From a virus (Duplodnaviria > Caudoviricetes), in IMG/VR virus record IMGVR_UViG_3300048576_000579, positions 1-61,170 of that record: a stretch of 61,170 bases of DNA. The stretch is one strand, 5' to 3'. The notes under the pieces are model-generated. The model made no database searches. It saw nothing but the letters and a program-made list of their open reading frames with translations, and was not told the DNA's origin. Within the stretch, counting starts at the first letter, position 1; every line of letters begins with the position of its first letter. The translations under genes were made by a program, and so were the position numbers. Shown in pieces: positions 45,498 to 54,085 of this stretch.

Positions 45498-45735
45498 CCC
45501 TCTCTATCGCCCCACCCTCGCCGGCCGCTTCGGCGAGATCACGGCCGGCAGGGATGGGGGTTTGGGAGGGAGACGGGCAATTCTTGTTGATGGCGATCTC
45601 GACGAGTTCCTGAAACAGCTCGCAACTCGTCAGAGGATGGCCTGTTTCGTCCTTGAAGTCGTACCAGTCGAACAGCTCAAAGAGTTCTTCTCGGCTCATT
45701 TCAGCAATTTGTTTATTCGGGAGGTCCTTATCCAT
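45487..45735 (-). CDS. Small conserved phage protein
   Basis: AGGAG SD; YDFKDETGHPLTSCELFQELV. Confidence 0.6.
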   Translation of the reverse strand: MDKDLPNKQIAEMSREELFELFDWYDFKDETGHPLTSCELFQELVEIAINKNCPSPSQTPIPAGRDLAEAAGEGGAIERVNT

Positions 45736-45949
45736 GAATCGCACTCCTGTAAGTTCTTCCAACCTCGCGTCTGTTGGTTACGACGCAGAGAGAGAAATCC
45801 TCGAAGTTAAATTCAAAAGCGGCGCAATATATTCCTACAAAAGAGTCCCTAAATCAATATACGAAGCACTCATGAAAGCCCCGTCAAAAGGCAAGTTTCT
45901 GAACAGCCGCATCAAGGGGAAGTACTCCTTCGTCAAGATGGCGAGCTGA
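45734..45949 (+). CDS. KTSC domain protein
   Basis: GGAGGT SD; VSSSNLASVGYD..LEVKF..Y.Y..VP..APSKGKF..IKGKY. Confidence 0.9.
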   Translation: MNRTPVSSSNLASVGYDAEREILEVKFKSGAIYSYKRVPKSIYEALMKAPSKGKFLNSRIKGKYSFVKMAS

Positions 45950-45956
45950 CTTTCGC

Positions 45957-46247
45957 TCATGCCGCCTCCCCTCCCCTCTGCTGCTGAAATTCGCCGCCCC
46001 CGCCAGGAGCGACCGGGGCGGGTGTCGAGGCGGGGGCGGGTTGGGAGGAGGGAGGGAGGGGCAAAACAGGTCCGAACTCTTCTGGATAAAGCAGCTTAAT
46101 GCGATCTATGCCGCAAAAATCAGCTATCCGCTTGGCAAGCGCCCGAGAAGGCGCCCGCTTGCCGCGTAGAATCTCGTCAGCGTGTTTGTACGAGATTCCC
46201 AGCTCGACGGACAGTATCTGGGGATCTAGGCGATTTTTGTCTTTCAT
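45957..46247 (-). CDS. cro: Cro-like HTH repressor
   Basis: LSVELGIS..EILRGKRAPS..LAKRIA; divergent from cI. Confidence 0.8.
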   Translation of the reverse strand: MKDKNRLDPQILSVELGISYKHADEILRGKRAPSRALAKRIADFCGIDRIKLLYPEEFGPVLPLPPSSQPAPASTPAPVAPGGGGEFQQQRGGEAA

Positions 46248-46312
46248 GAGGACAAATTCTAGACAGCTTTTGTCCTCGCGTCAATAGCCGACAAGTAGAC
46301 ATATTTTGTCTA
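46229..46312. promoter_or_regulatory. oR/pR region: GACA-N5-TGTC operators and the leftward cro promoter
   Basis: Operators at 46262-46274 and 46298-46310, degenerate copy at 46229-46241; TTGACG-N17-TAGAAT on the - strand (46284-46256). Confidence 0.8.
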
Positions 46313-46330
46313 GGAGGTTATGGATTCGGC

Positions 46331-46990
46331 ATGACCAACGATATTTTAGCCCAAGAACAACGAGACTACATGCAGCGCCTCTATGCGGCCGGCGTCACGA
46401 AGCACGACATCCACGAAAAAACGGGGGTCAGCCTCAAAACCATTGAACGCGCCGAAAAGGGCCTTGCGGGCCAGCCGTCGCTCAAGGCGATCATCGCCGA
46501 ATATGGACGTCTGGTCCCCTTCAAAACTGGCGTGCCCGACGTCGCTCCGCCTGCACATAACACCGGCGACGAGTTTGTTCCGGTCCCGTTTTTGGAGGCA
46601 AAACTTTCCATGGGCGGTGGCTCATGGGAAGTATCTCCAACGATCAAAAAATATCTCGGATTCCGTGGGGATTGGATCGTTCAGAGAACAAGGAGCCCCA
46701 AAAGCCTAGCGATCTATCTCGCAGAGGGCGACAGTATGGACCCGACGATTCCGGACGGGGCCATTGTCTTGGTGGACCAGAGCAAAAAAGAGGTCATCTC
46801 GGATCGCATCTACATGATCGGCACACCTGACGGTGCCAAGATCAAGCGTCTACTCAAACAGGACGGAAAAATTTTCATCGTGTCAGATGGAGACATCAGA
46901 AACGGAGCACCACACAAGGAAGAAGTGAGAGAGGGCGAATATTTTGAAGTCTTCGGGAGGGTGCTTTGGTACGCTGCGGAGATAGCATGA
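46331..46990 (+). CDS. cI: CI-like repressor, HTH + S24 autopeptidase
   Basis: HTH; LSMGGG cleavage region; GDSMDPTI; IKRL; GRVLW. Confidence 0.9.
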   Translation: MTNDILAQEQRDYMQRLYAAGVTKHDIHEKTGVSLKTIERAEKGLAGQPSLKAIIAEYGRLVPFKTGVPDVAPPAHNTGDEFVPVPFLEAKLSMGGGSWEVSPTIKKYLGFRGDWIVQRTRSPKSLAIYLAEGDSMDPTIPDGAIVLVDQSKKEVISDRIYMIGTPDGAKIKRLLKQDGKIFIVSDGDIRNGAPHKEEVREGEYFEVFGRVLWYAAEIA

Positions 46991-47066
46991 TTCGCCCCTC
47001 TCAGCTCCCCGAGGCGACGAGCGTCGTTCAAGAAGAAACCGGACCGACGAAGAAGAGGGAGAAAAA

Positions 47067-47348
47067 ATGAACCTCACGCAAGAAGAAGTCCGCCTTCTCC
47101 GATCCGCAGCCGAGCGCTGCGGAGGTGAACCCACTCGAACGGTCGGCTTTCAGCCTCTGGACTCAAAAGTTGAGTCGCTAAAGATTTACAACGACGCCTT
47201 GAAATCTTTAGAATCCAAAGGCATGATTACCATAGAAAAGACAAGGAAATCGTTCATGCGCGATAGCGCTGGGCTAATCCTTGATGCTCTTGGGAAAATT
47301 TCCGAACTTGGATTAAAATCGGCCCAAACAAACGCGCATGCCAATTGA
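47067..47348 (+). CDS. Hypothetical winged-helix-like moron protein
   Basis: ALKSLESKGMITI..ISELGL; low GC. Confidence 0.6.
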   Translation: MNLTQEEVRLLRSAAERCGGEPTRTVGFQPLDSKVESLKIYNDALKSLESKGMITIEKTRKSFMRDSAGLILDALGKISELGLKSAQTNAHAN

Positions 47349-47373
47349 CTCTTGATTCGGAAGGAATTATGAT
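47345..47373 (+). promoter_or_regulatory. Sigma70 promoter whose -10 box overlaps the hicA ATG
   Basis: TTGACT-N17-TATGAT; TGATATCA palindrome. Confidence 0.6.
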
Positions 47374-47665
47374 ATCAAAACGAGCAAGCGAAATTCTTTC
47401 AAATAGAAAAAAGAGGCTAGTTGAAAAAATATTTCGCAAACCACCGCCTAAAGACATAAGACTTGACGAAATAGTTTCACTCGTTCAAGCCTTTGGCGGA
47501 AAAAAATCCACAAAAAGCGGCTCTGGATTCAAATTATTTCTAGCCGGAACCATCTACGTAGCGCATAGGCCTCATCCTGAAAACCATATGGACGCAGGGG
47601 CAATTGAATCTTTTTGCGATTTTCTCATAACAACTGGGGTTTATGATGACACAGATGAAACATAA
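47369..47665 (+). CDS. hicA: HicA family toxin
   Basis: IF..PPPKDI...SGSG...HRPHPE. Confidence 0.85.
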   Translation: MISKRASEILSNRKKRLVEKIFRKPPPKDIRLDEIVSLVQAFGGKKSTKSGSGFKLFLAGTIYVAHRPHPENHMDAGAIESFCDFLITTGVYDDTDET

Positions 47666-48107
47666 CGAATACAGCGCTGACATTAGGTATTCAAATGAAG
47701 ACTTTTGCTTTTACGGACGAGTTGTTGGAATTTCTGATATTGTAAGTTTTAAAGGCAAGAGCGTAGAAGAGTTAAAAATTGCGTTTGAAAACGCTATAAA
47801 CGAGTATATTGAAGCATGTCGTGAATTTGACAAAGAGCCTGAAAAACCACATAGCGGGAAAATTCTTTTCCGTTGCTCAGAAAAAATGCACAAAGACATT
47901 ACTTCTTTCTCCGCAAAAAAGGGCCTCAGCATTAACCGAGTGATAGAGAATGCCATTTCAAGTCATATGTATAAAGGGAATAGTATTGTTGTTAATTTTG
48001 TTTCTACAGACAAGACAGAAGGCGTAAACACTTATACTAAACATATTGATGACACCCCGTTCTCTGTTTTTCAAAGCACCGAGAACGAACAAAGATTTGA
48101 GGCTTAG
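47643..48107 (+). CDS. hicB: HicB family antitoxin with a C-terminal extension
   Basis: FYGRVVGISDIVSF.G.SVEEL..F..Y..C..PEKPHSGK..R..H..SIN. Confidence 0.9.
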   Translation: MMTQMKHNEYSADIRYSNEDFCFYGRVVGISDIVSFKGKSVEELKIAFENAINEYIEACREFDKEPEKPHSGKILFRCSEKMHKDITSFSAKKGLSINRVIENAISSHMYKGNSIVVNFVSTDKTEGVNTYTKHIDDTPFSVFQSTENEQRFEA

Positions 48108-48109
48108 AA

Positions 48110-48526
48110 ATGATTAATAATATTTGGGCTGTAATGTGTACCCAGGCCATAACAGATAGGGATTCTGGGCATACTAGTTTAATAAATTGTGTAAATACCG
48201 TAGGAATTGCTGAAATACCATTTCAAGCTCCTCCTTTTACTATTAGTTCACTATGGATGAAGGATGAAGAAATTGAAGTAGAGATTTTTTCCATATTATT
48301 AGAGTTTACATCACCGAGCAAAGGCACACAGCAAATTTTAAAAATAGAAAACATCAGCGTAAAAAATATTTTTCATCGATTAAATTTTAACATCGGAGGG
48401 ATGCCAATAAAAGAGTTTGGAATGCATCAAATTGTTTTAAAAACAAAGAAAGGCAAGGGGTGGGTCATCGCATGCAAAATACCACTCCTTGTACATAAGA
48501 TAGACATCAATCATCCGCAAAAATAG
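48110..48526 (+). CDS. DUF6941-like beta-sandwich protein
   Basis: WAVMC..AITD..G.TSLINC; 2 nt after the hicB stop; low GC. Confidence 0.6.
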   Translation: MINNIWAVMCTQAITDRDSGHTSLINCVNTVGIAEIPFQAPPFTISSLWMKDEEIEVEIFSILLEFTSPSKGTQQILKIENISVKNIFHRLNFNIGGMPIKEFGMHQIVLKTKKGKGWVIACKIPLLVHKIDINHPQK

Positions 48527-48548
48527 TTTTTCATATTCACCCCCCCCC

Positions 48549-48574
48549 ATCCCCGCCCCGGCGGGGATTTTTTT
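48549..48574 (+). terminator. Intrinsic terminator after the moron
   Basis: ATCCCCGCC/GGCGGGGAT inverted repeat followed by a T run. Confidence 0.85.
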
Positions 48575-48585
48575 ACCCTCCAATC

Positions 48586-48645
48586 GACATTTTTTGTCTA
48601 TATGGACATTTTCTGATTGACTGAAAGACAAAATCTGTCTATCCT
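48586..48645 (+). promoter_or_regulatory. oL/pL: two GACA-N5-TGTC operators and the rightward early promoter
   Basis: Operators at 48586-48598 and 48627-48639; TTGACT-N17-TATCCT (48617-48645). Confidence 0.8.
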
Positions 48646-48857
48646 CTCTCTCACCACGCCACCCAATCCCCAACCACACCCCGCGGCCTCGGCCCGGCAG
48701 GAGGACAACGGGGACCAGGGCCGGGCGCGGCGCTCGAACGAGCCTAGCACCGGCGGGCATGTCAACGCGGGGAGCCTCCTCAGGGAGTGTCACTACACCG
48801 GCGGGGCCTGACGGATGGATCAGGAGAGCTCGAAAAATCTGCGAGAGAGGAGGGAGC

Positions 48858-49511
48858 ATGTCACAATTTGACGAGGTCTTTGGCCGCATCAGCGCGGCCA
48901 CGGGTTGCAAAACCCAGGTCCAGCTCGCCGAGGTGTTGGAGATCCGGCAGTCAAGCATCTCCGACGCCAAGCGCCGCGATTCCATCCCAGCCGAGTGGTA
49001 CGTCAAGCTGTTCAAAAAGTTCGGGCTCAACCCGGACTGGCTTGAAGACGGGACCGGACCTTGGCGTCTGAAGGATCGCTTCGGCGAGTATGTCACGAGC
49101 GACGGCCCGGCGCCGGAGGCAGCCATGCGAGCGCCGACGATGCCGGCCTACGACAAGGGCGTCACGGTCCAGGTCATCTCGGCCACGGGCGAGGTTGTTG
49201 GCCGGCTCTGCATACCCCAGGCGGTGCACCGGGAAGGGCTGACCGTTCTTAAGGTGACGTCGTCGAGTATGGAACCTGAGATTCGCCGCGGGGCGTTCGT
49301 CGGGATCGACAAGCAGCGCAAGCACATCGAGTCTGGCGAGCTGTATGCCGTCTACGAGAACGCAGTCATATCGTTGTTTCGAATATTCGCCATAGGTGAA
49401 GGATTCCAAATGGACAGAGGAGAAAGACATCCACAAATGGTCCCCCTTTCATTACCTCTGGCGACTGAAAAAATCTGTGGCCGCATCGTCTGGGTTCTGC
49501 AGGAGCTTTAG
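48858..49511 (+). CDS. Second CI-like repressor (Phage_CI_repr HTH + degenerate S24 domain)
   Basis: TQVQLAEVLEIRQSSISDAKRRDSIPAEW..LNPDWL..G.G; SMEPEI; AGGAGG SD. Confidence 0.85.
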   Translation: MSQFDEVFGRISAATGCKTQVQLAEVLEIRQSSISDAKRRDSIPAEWYVKLFKKFGLNPDWLEDGTGPWRLKDRFGEYVTSDGPAPEAAMRAPTMPAYDKGVTVQVISATGEVVGRLCIPQAVHREGLTVLKVTSSSMEPEIRRGAFVGIDKQRKHIESGELYAVYENAVISLFRIFAIGEGFQMDRGERHPQMVPLSLPLATEKICGRIVWVLQEL

Positions 49512-49632
49512 TAGACAATTTTCCCAGCCCGCGCCGAGGGCGCGCCGTGTTGCCTAACGGCTGCGATCCGGGCGCAGACGGGCCAGAAGCGCGCGCTCTC
49601 GTGCGAGGGCTGGGAAAAGAAGCGAGAATGCC

Positions 49633-49821
49633 ATGAACGGAAAATCAGTTACGGTATCCGGCCTGTTCAAGGCCGAAACAGAGAAAGCGATCTTGGTCGC
49701 GGTCGACGAGGATGATCACTGGTTTCCCAAGAGCAAGATCCAATACGACGGTGAAATTGGCGAATCAGTGGATGTTATCGTTCCGGCCTGGCTCGCGGAA
49801 CAGCAGGGGCTCGCGGAGTGA
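49633..49821 (+). CDS. Small conserved phage protein
   Basis: ETEKAILV..WFPKSKI..PAWLA motif. Confidence 0.75.
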   Translation: MNGKSVTVSGLFKAETEKAILVAVDEDDHWFPKSKIQYDGEIGESVDVIVPAWLAEQQGLAE

Positions 49822-50057
49822 CCATGGCCAGCAAGCGCCGACTCAGACGGCTTGAATGTGAGGGCAAACGACGCCACGCGACAGAGGATGACGCATGGCA
49901 TGCTCGATGGCTCGGAGGAGAGCGCTACGCCGACTCCAGGCCCTACGAGTGCCCTCATTGCAAGGGCTGGCACCTCGGACATGCGCCAGGGTTCAACGAT
50001 GGCGCCAAGGCCAAACACCTGTTCGGTCCAAGAAGGAGGGAATCCCATGCTTGCTGA
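49818..50057 (+). CDS. Small zinc-binding protein
   Basis: C.GKRRH..YECPHC.GWHL. Confidence 0.7.
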   Translation: MTMASKRRLRRLECEGKRRHATEDDAWHARWLGGERYADSRPYECPHCKGWHLGHAPGFNDGAKAKHLFGPRRRESHAC

Positions 50058-50250
50058 GCCCCAGACCAGCACATTGTGCGCGCTCGACGCCGTGATCTTC
50101 GCCGACTGCGGCGAGTGCCGCAAATACGACGGCCGCAGATCCTGTGGCGGATACGGGAGCTGCAGCGGAGGGGAGCGCCTCCGCGTCGTTCCCGCGGCAC
50201 ACCCGGCCTGCGGGTGTTTTGACCGGCTGGAAGAGTCGGTCCCTGAGTAA
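50047..50250 (+). CDS. Small Cys-rich protein
   Basis: AGGAGG SD; CGEC..C..C..CGCF. Confidence 0.55.
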   Translation: MLAEPQTSTLCALDAVIFADCGECRKYDGRRSCGGYGSCSGGERLRVVPAAHPACGCFDRLEESVPE

Positions 50251-50275
50251 CATCAACCCCATGAGGAGGCGCGCC

Positions 50276-50386
50276 ATGACCAAAAATCAACAGCATTTTG
50301 TTCACGACGTGCTTGTAGCCGTCGCCAGTGGAGCAGCTTTTTTCGTCCTGCTCTGCGGCGCGCTGTACCTGCAAATGGGGCATTAG
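50276..50386 (+). CDS. Small membrane peptide
   Basis: GAGGAGG SD; single TM helix. Confidence 0.5.
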   Translation: MTKNQQHFVHDVLVAVASGAAFFVLLCGALYLQMGH

Positions 50387-50399
50387 AACTGGAGGAGAT

Positions 50400-52358
50400 A
50401 TGAGACTCAAATCGTTGACCCTGAGCAATTTTAAAGGCGTGAAGAACTTCACCTTCACTCCCTACGGCCAAAACGTCACCGTGCGCGGCGACAACGCCAC
50501 GGGCAAAACCACGCTCTACGACGGAGTGCTATTTCTGCTCTTCGACAAGGATTCCCTGGGCCAGAAGCAGTTCGAGATCAAGACGCTTGACGTCCACGGC
50601 GCCCCTGTTCATGGCCTGGAACATGGCGTCGAGGCGACGTTCGACCTTAACGGCGCCGAGCTGACCCTGCGCAAAGTCCTCTCCGAAATCTGGACCAAGC
50701 GCCGCGGCACGGCCACAAAAGAACTGACCGGCAATAAGACGGAGTGCTGGATTGACGGCGTTCCGGTCAAGGCCACGGACTACAAGGCCAAAATCAGCGA
50801 GATCGCCGACGAAAGCCTGTTCCGGCTCCTGACTAATCCCAAGTATTTCTCCGAGGGCCTCCAATGGAGAGAGCGCCGCGCGATGCTGCTCCAGGCCTTC
50901 GGTGATGTCCACGACGCGGACGTGATTGATTCCGATCCTGAGCTTGCGCCCCTGGTCGAGATTATGGGCCGGCGCAGCCTGGAGGATTGTCGTAAGGTGT
51001 TGGAGGCCCAGCGCCGCAAGCTCAACGACGAACTGCAGCAGATCCCCACGCGCATTGACGAGGTCGGGCGGTCCCTGCCCGAACTGACCCGGGACGCGGA
51101 TACGCTCGCCGTCGAGCTGGACGAAGAGATCAGAAGAAGAAAGCACGCGCTCCACATTGAACGTGACGAACTCTCCCGCATCGAATCTGGCGGGGAGATC
51201 GCGGAGCAGACCAAAAAGCTCCGGGAGGTCGAAGGGAAGATTCAAACCGCCAGAAACGCGCAGGTGTTGGACGAGCAAAGGGTCAGCTCGGCGCACTATT
51301 CCGAACTTCGCAAGCTCTCCGATGAGCTCGCAGAGATCGAGTCCGAGGCGCGAGACTGGGGAAGAACGATCCAGGCCAAGCGCAAGGGCGCCGAGGCTCT
51401 ACGCAACGAAGTCGATGACATTCGTCAGCGTTGGTACAAGGTGGACGCGGAGACGTTCACGCCGCCCACCCAGCCCGATACGTGCCCAGCCTGCGGCCAG
51501 GCCATCCCGCAAGAGCGCATCGAAGCCGTCACCGCCGCAGCCCTGGCGGAATTCAATGAGTCCAAAGCCAAGAGGCTGGAGGCGCTGCGCGATCAGGGCC
51601 GCGCCAAAATGGCCGAGGCCGAGAAGGCCGAGGAATCGATCAACGGCCTCCTGGCTCAGGAAGGCGCATGCAAGACGCGCCTCGATGCAGCTCGCAAAGC
51701 CCTGGAGCAGAAAAAGGGCGAGCCTGTGCCCCAGGTCGCGAAACGGCCGGAGATCAATGCTCTTGAATTAGAGGCGGACGCGATCAAAGCCAGCATCGCT
51801 GCTCTGGCCTCTGACGCGGAAAAGGTCGCAGCCCCCCTGCGCGAGTCCATAGCCAGCCAAGCGCAGACCATTGCCGAGATCGAGCGGGAGCTGGCCAACG
51901 TTGACAACTGGCGCCGCGGCCAGGATCGAATAGCCGAACTCTCGAAAGAGGAGCGACGCCTGGCCAAAGAATACGAGCAGACTGAAGCCGCGTTGATACT
52001 GACTGAACGCTTCATTCGCGCCAAGGTCTCCATGCTCTCGGACAAGATCAACGGCCATTTCAAGCTGGTTCGATTCAAGCTTTTCGAGGAGCAGATCAAC
52101 GGCGGGTTGGCCGAGTGCTGTGAAATGACCGTAGGCGGAGTCCCCTACGGCTCGTTGAACAACGCGGCCCGGCTCCAAGGCGGTCTGGACATCATCAACG
52201 CGCTGTCAGAGCGCCACGAGTTCCGCCCCATGATCTTCATCGATAACGCGGAGGCGGTCACGAGTTTGCCGCAACTCAAGGCCCAGACAATCGCCCTGTA
52301 CGTGGACCCGACCGCCAAGACGCTGCAGGTGTCGAACGAACTGCGCGTGGCAGCGTAG
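50400..52358 (+). CDS. SMC/Rad50-like AAA ATPase
   Basis: LSNFKG, GDNATGKTT, coiled coils, CPACG hook, FIDNAE. Confidence 0.88.
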   Translation: MRLKSLTLSNFKGVKNFTFTPYGQNVTVRGDNATGKTTLYDGVLFLLFDKDSLGQKQFEIKTLDVHGAPVHGLEHGVEATFDLNGAELTLRKVLSEIWTKRRGTATKELTGNKTECWIDGVPVKATDYKAKISEIADESLFRLLTNPKYFSEGLQWRERRAMLLQAFGDVHDADVIDSDPELAPLVEIMGRRSLEDCRKVLEAQRRKLNDELQQIPTRIDEVGRSLPELTRDADTLAVELDEEIRRRKHALHIERDELSRIESGGEIAEQTKKLREVEGKIQTARNAQVLDEQRVSSAHYSELRKLSDELAEIESEARDWGRTIQAKRKGAEALRNEVDDIRQRWYKVDAETFTPPTQPDTCPACGQAIPQERIEAVTAAALAEFNESKAKRLEALRDQGRAKMAEAEKAEESINGLLAQEGACKTRLDAARKALEQKKGEPVPQVAKRPEINALELEADAIKASIAALASDAEKVAAPLRESIASQAQTIAEIERELANVDNWRRGQDRIAELSKEERRLAKEYEQTEAALILTERFIRAKVSMLSDKINGHFKLVRFKLFEEQINGGLAECCEMTVGGVPYGSLNNAARLQGGLDIINALSERHEFRPMIFIDNAEAVTSLPQLKAQTIALYVDPTAKTLQVSNELRVAA

Positions 52359-52382
52359 ACATAGCAACCAAACAGGAGAAAA

Positions 52383-53171
52383 ATGGACATGACCCCACAA
52401 GGAAACACTCACCCCACCACTGCGGTCTTGCCAGCCGTGCAAGTTGGATTGACCTCTAGCGACTCATACGCACTGGCCAGGAACATCTCTAAAGACCTAG
52501 CCGCATCCGACCTGGTTCCCAAGCAGTTCAGGGGGAATGCGCCGAACTGTCTCATTGCCTTGAATATGGCTAATCGCATCGGCGCTGATGTCCTCATGGT
52601 TATGCAAAACCTTTACATTGTAGATGGCTCTCCTACGTGGAGCTCTCAGTTTCTCATTGCCTGTTTCAACAAAACGCCGGGTTTTTCCAAACTACGCTAT
52701 GAATTTGATGGCAAGGAAGGAGCTGACGAATGGAGATGCCGTGCATACGCCGTAGAAAGGGAAACCGGAGAAACGCTTTACGGGTCGTGGATTTCTATCA
52801 AGCTCGCCAAGGCTGAAAACTGGTACGAAAAGAAAATGTCAAAATGGAAAACTATGCCGCAGCAGATGCTCATGTATCGTGCAGCAGCGTGGTTTGTGCG
52901 CGCCTATGCTCCAGAAATCGCCATGGGGTTACAGACCAAGGATGAAGTCGAAGACATATACGACATGGAACAAGGTGAAGATAGGGTGTTTGCTGCAGCA
53001 GTAAAACGCGAAGCCAACGGTGAACTTCTCGACATCAAAGAATTGAAATCACTCCCCGCTGCGAAGGATGATAACTCCAGAGATCTACAGGAGGCCGCAC
53101 CCGATAAAAGACCACCACAACTTCCCTCCCAGTCCCAACAACCCCAAACCGCCGCAGGCCCTGGCTTCTAA
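52383..53171 (+). CDS. RecT/Redbeta-like single-strand annealing protein
   Basis: LVPKQFRGN..NCLIA..MQNLYIV.G..W..MPQQML.YRAA. Confidence 0.8.
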   Translation: MDMTPQGNTHPTTAVLPAVQVGLTSSDSYALARNISKDLAASDLVPKQFRGNAPNCLIALNMANRIGADVLMVMQNLYIVDGSPTWSSQFLIACFNKTPGFSKLRYEFDGKEGADEWRCRAYAVERETGETLYGSWISIKLAKAENWYEKKMSKWKTMPQQMLMYRAAAWFVRAYAPEIAMGLQTKDEVEDIYDMEQGEDRVFAAAVKREANGELLDIKELKSLPAAKDDNSRDLQEAAPDKRPPQLPSQSQQPQTAAGPGF

Positions 53172-53881
53172 TGATCGAATTCCGCGCCATAGCCTCCTCC
53201 AGCGCCGGGAATGCTTTCACGATCTCTGACGGGCGTTCCCGGCTCCTCCTGGAGTGCGGATTAGGCTGGAAGGCCTTGCGCGAACGGCTAAACTTTCAGG
53301 TCTGCGAGCTCGCCGGGGCGCTCATAACCCACGAGCACGGGGACCACGCCAAGTCAGCGCATGCACTCATGGCCGCTGGCGTGGACGTGTACGCCTCCAG
53401 GGGCACGTTTGACGCCCTGGAGCTATCCGGACATCGCCGGCATGACGTTGCCGCGCTCAAGCCCTTCAAGGTCTGCTCCTGGACTGTCATGCCCTTTCCT
53501 GCCGTCCATGACGCGGCCGAGCCGCTGGGCTACCTCCTTGGATCGACTGCGGGGGTGGGAAAGGTGGTTTTCCTGACGGACACGGCCTACTGCCCGCATC
53601 GATTCCGAGGCCTGACGCATATTTGCGTGGAGTGCAATTACTCCCTGGACCGGCTGCGCGAGCGTGTCGAGCTGGGAGAATTGTCGGTCGAACGCAAGCG
53701 CCGGCTGCTCAACAACCATTTCGGACTGGAGCGGCTCCAAGAAATGCTCGCGGCCAACGATCTTTCTCAGGTCCAGGAAATCCACCTGCTGCACCTCTCC
53801 GATGAAAACGCGGATGAGGAGCGGTTCAAACGCGAGATCATGCGTCAGACCGGGAAGCCGGTTTTCGTGGCGCCGAGGTAG
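53171..53881 (+). CDS. Metallo-beta-lactamase fold nuclease
   Basis: SSSAGN, THEHGDH, HDAAEP, TDT, LLHLS. Confidence 0.9.
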   Translation: MIEFRAIASSSAGNAFTISDGRSRLLLECGLGWKALRERLNFQVCELAGALITHEHGDHAKSAHALMAAGVDVYASRGTFDALELSGHRRHDVAALKPFKVCSWTVMPFPAVHDAAEPLGYLLGSTAGVGKVVFLTDTAYCPHRFRGLTHICVECNYSLDRLRERVELGELSVERKRRLLNNHFGLERLQEMLAANDLSQVQEIHLLHLSDENADEERFKREIMRQTGKPVFVAPR

Positions 53882-53892
53882 AGGAGATAACC

Positions 53893-54072
53893 ATGGAGCC
53901 CGTAGTCTTCATCCGCAGCAAACACGAGGTCAAGGAGCTGCACGACGCCCTTGAAAAAGAGCAGCAGTGGTTTGGAGACTCGGCGTACCTGGAAGGAGTC
54001 AGCAATACCCTCCTCTGGTTTGAGGATGAGAAACAGAGACCACCTGTCACCATGCGAAATGCAAAACCATAA
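53893..54072 (+). CDS. Small hypothetical protein, 59 aa (not in the ORF track)
   Basis: GAGGAG SD; MEPVVFIRSKHEVKEL..YLEGVSNTLLW. Confidence 0.65.
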   Translation: MEPVVFIRSKHEVKELHDALEKEQQWFGDSAYLEGVSNTLLWFEDEKQRPPVTMRNAKP

Positions 54073-54085
54073 AAGGAGCCCCCCC

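Noticed and set aside
46320-46334. Mini-ORF MDSA* overlapping the cI start
   Set aside because: The SD-ATG spacing of 2 nt is too short to support it
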